Source: a virus
Lineage: Duplodnaviria; Heunggongvirae; Uroviricota; Caudoviricetes
Reading direction: 5' to 3' (one strand)
Virus record (IMG/VR): IMGVR_UViG_3300013800_000001
Location: 1-22,064 of that record
DNA length: 22,064 nt
Shown piece by piece: positions 15,720-21,917 of this stretch (positions within the stretch are counted from its first letter, which is position 1; every line of letters starts with the position of its first letter). The notes under the pieces were generated by a model, which saw only the letters and a program-made list of their open reading frames with translations, did not search any database and was not told where the DNA came from. A program made the translations under genes and the position numbers.

Positions 15720-16060
15720 CCTTGATATGCATAATAATGACGGTGAGACTACTTTTTACTCACGCATACGCCCCTAAACCAACTTTTATTTTTGCGGTGA
15801 TACACACCCATGTGTATTAACCGGGACTACCCCTTAGGAGAGGGACACTTGTCCAAAGTAGCGTAATCAGTCACCCGTTTGCAAGTAGGTTTCTAATCCT
15901 TTTGTAGCTACTGGCTCATTTAGTTTATTTGGAGCCTCTTGACGCTATAGTCATAGTTATTTGTACGTAATACCACCCTACTGGACCCTATTGTCTTTCA
16001 AGTGTGCCTTATCGCCTAGCAAGCGATTCCTCAGCCACGTCATTATTATAAATATCAAGG
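15720..16060 (-). ncRNA. Unassigned ~340-nt structured RNA or 5' leader closed by a 23-bp terminal stem
   Basis: 16060-16038 pairs with 15742-15720 (21/23 Watson-Crick, plus one U.G on the minus strand). Many nested helices, no long ORF, and the predicted TSS (~16063) lies just upstream of the 5' arm. Confidence 0.75.
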
Positions 16061-16069
16061 TACTTTTAG

Positions 16070-16098
16070 ATGATACACAACTGCTAACGTATTGTCAA
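16070..16098 (-). promoter_or_regulatory. Sigma70-type promoter driving the ncRNA/HU/head operon
   Basis: Minus strand TTGACA (16098-16093), 17-nt spacer, TATCAT (16075-16070). Confidence 0.75.
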
Positions 16099-16120
16099 GT
16101 CTTTTAGACTCTTGTATATT
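16092..16120 (+). promoter_or_regulatory. Sigma70-type promoter driving the plus-strand gene
   Basis: TTGTCA (16092-16097), 17-nt spacer, TATATT (16115-16120). Its -35 overlaps that of the minus-strand promoter. Confidence 0.65.
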
Positions 16121-16125
16121 AAGGG

Positions 16126-16150
16126 TAGTTTTTTAACAATAGAACCAGAC
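16126..16150. repeat. Left arm of a 25-bp inverted repeat
   Basis: tagttttttaacaatagaaccagac. 23/25 match to the reverse complement of 17010-17034, with the inner 17 bp perfect. Confidence 0.9.
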
Positions 16151-16163
16151 ATATAAACTTTGG

Positions 16164-16195
16164 GCAAGAAGTCGCATTTTGTTGCGCAAGAAGTC
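16164..16195. repeat. Two 10-bp direct repeats GCAAGAAGTC, 22 bp apart
   Basis: Copies at 16164-16173 and 16186-16195, in the leader of the plus-strand gene. Confidence 0.75.
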
Positions 16196-16211
16196 CCTAC
16201 AACACACACAT

Positions 16212-16988
16212 ATGTTAAAGAAAGATTACGAAGTTCAAGTGATTATCAATGGAAAGCCTGTTAGAGAATTTTCGCATAACGGAAAGGTATACATTGAAGG
16301 AAGAAAAAATACTCGTTTTTCTATTAGAATAAAGAATAATTCCTACACCAGGAAGTTATTTGTACCCACTATTGATGGATTATCAGTCATGAATGGAGAA
16401 GAGGGCAGTTATTCGTCTAGCGGATATATAGTTCCTGCTTATAGCTCAAGGACAATAGAAGGATGGAGAACAAGCGATAAAGAAGTAGCTGAGTTTTATT
16501 TCTCTGCACCGGAGGGTTCATACAGGAAAAGAATGAAGAAAGGAAATAACCTAGGTGCTATAGGAGTGGCAGTATTTGAAGAGAGACAAAATTACACAGT
16601 AACAACAACCATAGGACAGCCCTGGTATTCAACTGGTGCTAGCATTACACCCAATCACCATTGGTATGGCGGAAACACATTTACAAGTGGAGTAGGTGGA
16701 AGTAATTCTGTAAACTGCTCATCACTATCTCCTCAATCTGCAGACAATCAAGTACTGCTTAGATCAGCAAAAAGCGTAAAACAAGCCATCGGTACTGGAT
16801 TCGGTGAATACAAAGAAAGTTCAGTTATATCAGTCAATTTCGATAGATGTACTAACCCAGTTGCCGTGTTTGAGATACTATACAACACTAAAGAAGAACT
16901 CCAGAAAGCTGGGGTAAATATGCAAAAGGAGCCCACGTATGTGACTCCTGAAGCGTTTCCAGGTCAATACTGTAAAGCCCCTCGTTAA
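16212..16988 (+). CDS. Conserved hypothetical protein, the only plus-strand gene
   Basis: ATG at 16212 preferred over TTG at 16179. YIEG...IRIKNN...TIDGLSV...GYIV...IEGWR...AEFYF...LGAIGVAVFEE and the C-terminal IGTGFGE...FDR...PEAFP resemble a widespread uncharacterised bacterial/phage family (from memory). Confidence 0.8.
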   Translation: MLKKDYEVQVIINGKPVREFSHNGKVYIEGRKNTRFSIRIKNNSYTRKLFVPTIDGLSVMNGEEGSYSSSGYIVPAYSSRTIEGWRTSDKEVAEFYFSAPEGSYRKRMKKGNNLGAIGVAVFEERQNYTVTTTIGQPWYSTGASITPNHHWYGGNTFTSGVGGSNSVNCSSLSPQSADNQVLLRSAKSVKQAIGTGFGEYKESSVISVNFDRCTNPVAVFEILYNTKEELQKAGVNMQKEPTYVTPEAFPGQYCKAPR

Positions 16989-17009
16989 TCGAGGACCTTA
17001 AATAAACCC

Positions 17010-17034
17010 GTCTGGTTCTATTGTTAGAAAGCTA
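17010..17034. repeat. Right arm of the 25-bp inverted repeat
   Basis: gtctggttctattgttagaaagcta. The outer edge overlaps the TAG stop of the 17032..17211 ORF. Confidence 0.9.
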
Positions 17035-17211
17035 TTTTCTCTCTAAATGATCTGCAAGTTTCCTGAGAATAGCAACAAGTTCGATGCTACCGGCTACATC
17101 AGCCTTAACAATACCTATATCATTGCCATCTGTCTCAATGATAATCTGGCGCATTTTAATAGGCACTTTTTCTTGAACTTTTTTCTCTTCTACTACTGGT
17201 CCTTCTGGCAT
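17032..17211 (-). CDS. Small protein (59 aa), absent from the ORF track; last gene of the tail cluster
   Basis: MPEGPVVEEKKVQEKVPIKMRQIIIETDGNDIGIVKADVAGSIELVAILRKLADHLERK*. Starts 4 nt after the stop of 17216..17491. Confidence 0.7.
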   Translation of the reverse strand: MPEGPVVEEKKVQEKVPIKMRQIIIETDGNDIGIVKADVAGSIELVAILRKLADHLERK

Positions 17212-17215
17212 ATAT

Positions 17216-17491
17216 TTATTGTGACTTTATTAAGTTCCCTGTTTCTATATCAATAGAATAATCAAGTGGACTTACCGGTGATATTGACTCAAACTCTTTC
17301 AAGATATCTATTTTATCAAGATTATAGTCAATTGAGTCTTTCCCTTTCTGAATCCAACCGATAACGTACTTCCCTATATTTTCCTCTGGAGTACCGTCGC
17401 TTATTTTGCATTGTAGAGCAAATTCATCATGAACTCTCCCATCTACTACAGAGAATACTTTACCTGTGTCTTTTTTGTAAAATAGAATCAT
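17216..17491 (-). CDS. Hypothetical tail-associated protein
   Basis: 91 aa, coupled to the upstream gene by an ATGA overlap. Follows tail-fibre-like genes, so possibly a chaperone. Confidence 0.6.
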   Translation of the reverse strand: MILFYKKDTGKVFSVVDGRVHDEFALQCKISDGTPEENIGKYVIGWIQKGKDSIDYNLDKIDILKEFESISPVSPLDYSIDIETGNLIKSQ

Positions 17492-18144
17492 AATCGTCCT
17501 TTATCAATAAAAATATAATAAGCGTAATCAAAAGTTATATTAGCCCCTCCTGCTCCATAGTCTTCTGCTTGAAATACTATATAGGAATATGTGTCATTTG
17601 AATAGCAATTAAAGTAGAAATCAGTTCCTCCGAAGCCAAAAACGTACGTTCCAATATTGTAGAAATCACCTGGTACAAAGTATACACCAGCCTGGTCACT
17701 CCAATATGCCTGCGTCATTGGAATATATCCCAAGTTGTGGGTTATTACCACCGCTGACTGTGTTTGAAACGTAATCGTACCAGAACCTGCTGATGTTATA
17801 TCTATGGCTGATCCACCTGATGTCAAAGATAGCTGAAACGTATCTGCTGTCTTATTAATAACATAGTATATATTAAACTTCTCTAAAGGAGCTGGCATTG
17901 TAGCATCAGAATCTATAAACACCTGGTTTCCATTTAACAATCCATGGGCAACACAAGTAAAGAAGTCTGTCCCTGTATTTATTGCTGTTATCGTATTTAG
18001 ATTGATAGTTTGTGGTACAGAAATGCTTCCAGACCCAGATAAGCTCCCTTTTAATGTGGAGTACTTTGAAGTAATCACCATATCCTTATCGGCGCCTGTT
18101 TTTACATCGATTCCGTCTCTAGATAGTCTGAATCCAAGGTCCAT
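17488..18144 (-). CDS. Tail/virion protein, paralog of 18146..19150
   Basis: N-terminal unit LGFRLSRDGIDV...ITSKYSTLK, an inserted HGLxNG...YYVIN...FQLSLTSGGSAIDITSAGSGT module, then ITHNLGY. Confidence 0.6.
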   Translation of the reverse strand: MDLGFRLSRDGIDVKTGADKDMVITSKYSTLKGSLSGSGSISVPQTINLNTITAINTGTDFFTCVAHGLLNGNQVFIDSDATMPAPLEKFNIYYVINKTADTFQLSLTSGGSAIDITSAGSGTITFQTQSAVVITHNLGYIPMTQAYWSDQAGVYFVPGDFYNIGTYVFGFGGTDFYFNCYSNDTYSYIVFQAEDYGAGGANITFDYAYYIFIDKGRL

Positions 18145-18145
18145 A

Positions 18146-19150
18146 TTAAATGCTTTTATTCTTGAATATTACGTAGTATATAGCGTCATTATAGCCACCA
18201 AAGCTTAATGTAGATGTATTAATAGTTGTGACATCATTAGCCAATCTTAGGTAACTTTTACCGTTTGGTCTCCCGTAAGACAAAAAAGATGGCAAATATC
18301 CCAAATCATGACTAGTTGACGACCCAGCAAATCCTTTTTTATGAATAATACTAGAGAAGAAAGAGCTAGAAAGTATCAGGTCTATATCTTCGCATGTTTT
18401 CACATCAAATCCAGGTTTGCTTATCTTTAATCCATAATCATTGGATGATGAACCGACACTTGTTCCTGTAGATATGGTACTCGCACTATAGGAATCGAAT
18501 GTATCTAAAAACTGATAGCACGTGAAATAAACGGTAGTAGAAGCGACTTGGTTATCAAACAACGAACGAACATATATCTCGGTCGTATTGTCATATATCC
18601 TAATATCTAGCTGTCCGAACTGTTCAGCCATAAAATTACTTGTTCCTCCACTTGATTCAACGCCATTGTAATTAAAAATCCATGGCGATTTATACCCAAG
18701 ATTGTGAGTTATGACAATTTTGTTTGTTTCCGAGTTCCATTCATGTGTACCACTACCGGCACTCGTTATATCTACGGCTGATCCTCCCGATGTAAGTGAA
18801 ACTTGGAAGGTATTAGTTGTGGCATTTATTACGTAATACACTAATCCTACTCTTTCAAAAACAAAAGCATCAACCTCCTCAATATACAGTGATAAACCCC
18901 CTGGTAACGTGCCGTCAGTGCTAAAATAAACTACTTCTCCGTTGTTTAACCCATGCCCAGCTGATGTTAGAGTATCAGTCCCAGCATCTGCTGTTACAGT
19001 GGCAAAATTGTCTCTTGGTGTATCACAAGAAACGCTATAAGTGGCTAGAACCTTCAAATTAAGGAAAGATGAACTAAAGACTAGAAATCTGTCCGCACAA
19101 TCCCTTACATCATAGCCTTTTTGAGAGACTTTTGCTCCGTAACTGCCCAT
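18146..19150 (-). CDS. Tail/virion protein with duplicated YGxKxSxxGxDV unit
   Basis: Units YGAKVSQKGYDV...FSS and YGLKISKPGFDV...LSS, each followed later by H(N/D)LGY. Same inserted HGLNNG module as 17488..18144. Confidence 0.6.
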   Translation of the reverse strand: MGSYGAKVSQKGYDVRDCADRFLVFSSSFLNLKVLATYSVSCDTPRDNFATVTADAGTDTLTSAGHGLNNGEVVYFSTDGTLPGGLSLYIEEVDAFVFERVGLVYYVINATTNTFQVSLTSGGSAVDITSAGSGTHEWNSETNKIVITHNLGYKSPWIFNYNGVESSGGTSNFMAEQFGQLDIRIYDNTTEIYVRSLFDNQVASTTVYFTCYQFLDTFDSYSASTISTGTSVGSSSNDYGLKISKPGFDVKTCEDIDLILSSSFFSSIIHKKGFAGSSTSHDLGYLPSFLSYGRPNGKSYLRLANDVTTINTSTLSFGGYNDAIYYVIFKNKSI

Positions 19151-19157
19151 ATCATAT

Positions 19158-20006
19158 TTAAAAACCGTTTAATAGATATCCAAGTAAAAATCTATCATTT
19201 GCTGTATCCGCAAGAAGTATTCTTGAGTTCTCCGAATCTATTGTTATCTTACCTGTTGGATCTTGAAATGTAGTAGATGTAATTGTCCACCCAGCTATTG
19301 ACCCAGATGAGGCTACAATTTCTCCTGATTCTGAAATTCTGAATGGGGCTGTAGATCTATCAGCAAAACTGCTTCCAGCCCAAAATCGAATATCATCTCC
19401 TGATGTCACCACTGAAGATAGACCGAAACTATCATCTGTATCTCTAATATAATCCGTTCCAAGTGTAAATCCGCCTACCGTACCGGACTCGGCGACTATT
19501 ACACCTGATTCTAATACTCTAAAAGGTGCTGTATATCTATCTTCAAATGTACTTCCAGCCCAAAAACGGACATCATCACCAGTTGTTACCGTAGAAGAGA
19601 GCCCGAAACTGTTAGCTTCATCTCTAACATAGTCAGATCCTATTTCAAAGCCTCCTATAGACCCCGTTAGGGCCTCAATATTGCCACTTACAAAGACGTT
19701 TGTGAACTCAGCATACCCAGTACCCCCATCTATGTAAAAACCGACGCTTTTCGGCTTCCAATTGATTGATTTTATGAAGCTTTTTATCCAAATATCTCCT
19801 AATCCTCCATCGTCTTTTACTGGCATCTGTTGAACGTTCCCATTTTCTCCAGAATAGCCAAAACCACCGTCATACTGTGATGTATAATTGGTGGAATTTG
19901 GCTCTCCTACAGCTTTTGGAGTAGTTTGACTTGATGATTCAGGAACTCTCTGTAAAAGACTGTTGTAGGGCTGATTAATTTTCTCGTAATTGTCTGTATC
20001 ACTCAT
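19158..20006 (-). CDS. Tail fibre/spike-like protein with two tandem 60-aa repeats
   Basis: G(S/T)(I/V)GGF...RFWAGS...TAPFR repeats at aa 115-174 and 175-234, followed by a partial third (GSIAGW). Confidence 0.65.
   Translation of the reverse strand: MSDTDNYEKINQPYNSLLQRVPESSSQTTPKAVGEPNSTNYTSQYDGGFGYSGENGNVQQMPVKDDGGLGDIWIKSFIKSINWKPKSVGFYIDGGTGYAEFTNVFVSGNIEALTGSIGGFEIGSDYVRDEANSFGLSSTVTTGDDVRFWAGSTFEDRYTAPFRVLESGVIVAESGTVGGFTLGTDYIRDTDDSFGLSSVVTSGDDIRFWAGSSFADRSTAPFRISESGEIVASSGSIAGWTITSTTFQDPTGKITIDSENSRILLADTANDRFLLGYLLNGF
19305..19664 (-). repeat. Tandem 180-bp intragenic repeat (2 units)
   Basis: cttccagcccaaaa recurs exactly 180 bp apart (about 19372 and 19552), matching the 60-aa protein repeat. 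Confidence 0.85.
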
Positions 20007-20013
20007 ATTTCAG

Positions 20014-20028
20014 AGCATAACACAGTCC
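20014..20028 (-). promoter_or_regulatory. GnACTnTGnTAnnnT motif copy (candidate late promoter)
   Basis: Minus strand GGACTGTGTTATGCT, only 7 nt upstream of the ATG at 20006. Confidence 0.65.
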
Positions 20029-20038
20029 TCTCTAGACT

Positions 20039-21214
20039 TTAACTGCCCTTTACGTTGATAATTTGACGCAAAATATGCTTTACTCTCACTAATTCTTTGC
20101 TATTTTCCATTACATTATCAATGTCTTTGTATGCTGACGGCAATTCATCAATATAATCCTCGGATCGTCTTACAACAATACCCGCTAACTCTCTATCAAA
20201 GTCATCCATTGTGAATCTACGACGTGCCTCACTACGTGAGAATCGTCTTCCAGCTCCGTGTGGGGCTGAATGATAGCTCATTTTATTGGCTAATCCCTCT
20301 ACAATGTAGCTTTTTGTGCCCATTGATCCTGGTATTACCCCTAGTTGCCCGTCGTTCATCTGGATAGCACCCTTTCTTGTTATCCACATATTCTTTCCGA
20401 AGTGGTTCTCCATCTGAGTAAAGTTGTGATGACAGTTTATTCTATCAATTTCAATATCTTTTGCTCTACCACCCTCATCGAAGAAGGCGTAAGACATTTC
20501 TTCAAGCACACGATCCATCATTTCTTCTCGGTTTAGACGTGCATAATCCTGAGACCATAGTAGGTCATAGATATAGTCATCAAAACCTTCAATACCAGTC
20601 GGTAGATAGGATAGATCTTTATCTGGTAGCTTGATGTGCATGGTATCCATTAGCTTCATAGCCACTTTTATATGACGATCTGCTAAACGATTTCCCACTC
20701 CTCTTGAACCAGAGTGTAGTACTACCCATACCCTATCCTCTTCATCCAAACAAACCTCAATAAAGTGATTCCCAGAACCAAGAGTCCCCAATTGGTTTTT
20801 CCAATCCTTACAGGCATCATCATAGTAATCCTTCTTTTTAGCATCTAGAGCTTTAACCCTTGCTAGGGCTGTTCCTTGTATTTTATTATTTTTAGCTCCT
20901 GCATTTAAAGGGATTCTACGCTCTATTCCTGCTCGAATAGATTCTAGATCTTCTGGCAAGTCCTTAAAAAAGAACTTTGTCTTAACGGCAATCATTCCAC
21001 ATCCGATATCAACACCAACTGCTGCTGGTATAATAGCGTTTTCAGTAGCGATAACTGAACCAACACAGGCACCCTTTCCAAGGTGGGCATCAGGCATAAC
21101 AGCTACGCCATGAACAAACGGCAATCCTGCCGCATTTTTTACTTGATCGAAAGCACCGCTTTCTAACTCTTCCTTAGGTAGGAAAAGTCTTAATTTTTCG
21201 TTTATTACTTCCAT
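20039..21214 (-). CDS. rtcB: RtcB 3'-phosphate/5'-OH RNA ligase
   Basis: All catalytic motifs present: MPDAH, VGVDIGCG, GTLGSGNHFIE, LHSGSRG, HHN, IPGSMG, HGAGR (guanylylated His) and ELPSAYK. Confidence 0.97.
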   Translation of the reverse strand: MEVINEKLRLFLPKEELESGAFDQVKNAAGLPFVHGVAVMPDAHLGKGACVGSVIATENAIIPAAVGVDIGCGMIAVKTKFFFKDLPEDLESIRAGIERRIPLNAGAKNNKIQGTALARVKALDAKKKDYYDDACKDWKNQLGTLGSGNHFIEVCLDEEDRVWVVLHSGSRGVGNRLADRHIKVAMKLMDTMHIKLPDKDLSYLPTGIEGFDDYIYDLLWSQDYARLNREEMMDRVLEEMSYAFFDEGGRAKDIEIDRINCHHNFTQMENHFGKNMWITRKGAIQMNDGQLGVIPGSMGTKSYIVEGLANKMSYHSAPHGAGRRFSRSEARRRFTMDDFDRELAGIVVRRSEDYIDELPSAYKDIDNVMENSKELVRVKHILRQIINVKGS

Positions 21215-21227
21215 ATAGTTTTTTAAT

Positions 21228-21917
21228 TTAATTTCGTCCCCTTGTTTCAGGGTATAAGTCTAATACAACGTCAGATTGAAAGACTTCTTTGGTATCTACA
21301 TCCATAAGAGATAGTTTTCCTTCCCATCCACCACCAGTGTCCATAAACCAGACATTACCGTACTTTATGGGCTTATGAGAAAACTTATATATGCTCGTAT
21401 GCCCAACATAAACCTCATTGAAGGCTGGATACGATATTCCGTTTTCATCATACATCCACTTTTTGTCCCACAATTGCCTATCCCACATCAAAACCTGATT
21501 ATTCTGTTCTTCAATAGGTAAGTTTGGATCAAACCCTCCATGGACATACAGATTGTTATTCTCATCAACAAAGTAGAATTTTGTACTTTTCAAAAACTCT
21601 CTATGCTTTTGCATTAACTCTGGATGTCGCTCAACATAGCCATTGTAGCTAGCTTGACCTCCCTGCAATAGCCAAACATCTGGCTGTTTTCCTTTTGTAA
21701 GCCAATCTTTTAACCATTGGTCATGATTCCCACGAACAAATACGAGATTTTTTATCTTCATTATCTCCTCAATCAGCTCTGGCACCTCTGGCCATCCATC
21801 TGCGACATCTCCTAGACAGATAAGTCTGTCATTTTCATAATCAAATTTAGATCGTTCCATTACCTGAAGAAATGATCTGTATCCGCCATGGCTATCTCCA
21901 AGTACTAGTGTTCTCAT
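21228..21917 (-). CDS. Calcineurin-like metallophosphoesterase (lambda phosphatase-like)
   Basis: GDSHG, GDVADG, RGNHD, VHGG, GHT and DTGG motifs occur in the canonical order. Confidence 0.92.
   Translation of the reverse strand: MRTLVLGDSHGGYRSFLQVMERSKFDYENDRLICLGDVADGWPEVPELIEEIMKIKNLVFVRGNHDQWLKDWLTKGKQPDVWLLQGGQASYNGYVERHPELMQKHREFLKSTKFYFVDENNNLYVHGGFDPNLPIEEQNNQVLMWDRQLWDKKWMYDENGISYPAFNEVYVGHTSIYKFSHKPIKYGNVWFMDTGGGWEGKLSLMDVDTKEVFQSDVVLDLYPETRGRN

Noticed and set aside
16011-16034. Hammerhead ribozyme (CUGAGGA followed by a hairpin on the minus strand)
   Set aside because: The stem is followed by AAGG rather than the obligatory GAAA, and no stems I/III with a UH site could be placed.
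15720-16060. RNase P RNA, tmRNA or retron msr-msd as the identity of the large RNA
   Set aside because: It lacks GAGGAAAGUCC and the 3' P4 strand of RNase P, and has no tRNA-like ends. A retron would need a reverse transcriptase, and none is in the window; this cannot be fully excluded for the rest of the genome.
16212-16988. IS element with the enclosed ORF as a transposase
   Set aside because: No DDE, HUH or recombinase motifs were recognised, and the protein resembles a non-transposase hypothetical family. Only a non-autonomous or invertible interpretation is kept.
250-17491. Alternative genetic code (TAG or TGA recoding)
   Set aside because: TAG ends several tightly packed genes (250, 1548, 2217, 5781, 12194), and TGA ends 17488..18144 in a classic ATGA overlap. 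Long genes are intact under the standard code.
17770-18860. Diversity-generating retroelement TR/VR pair (similar segments in two tail genes)
   Set aside because: Both copies are inside coding genes, mismatches are mostly synonymous rather than adenine-specific, and no reverse transcriptase is present.
1513-20038. Short AGTC...GACT palindromes at 1513-1532, 16098-16110 and 20024-20038 as a shared operator
   Set aside because: The arms are only 4-6 bp with variable spacing (8, 5 and 7 nt between AGTC and GACT) and are absent at the other motif sites, so chance is likely.
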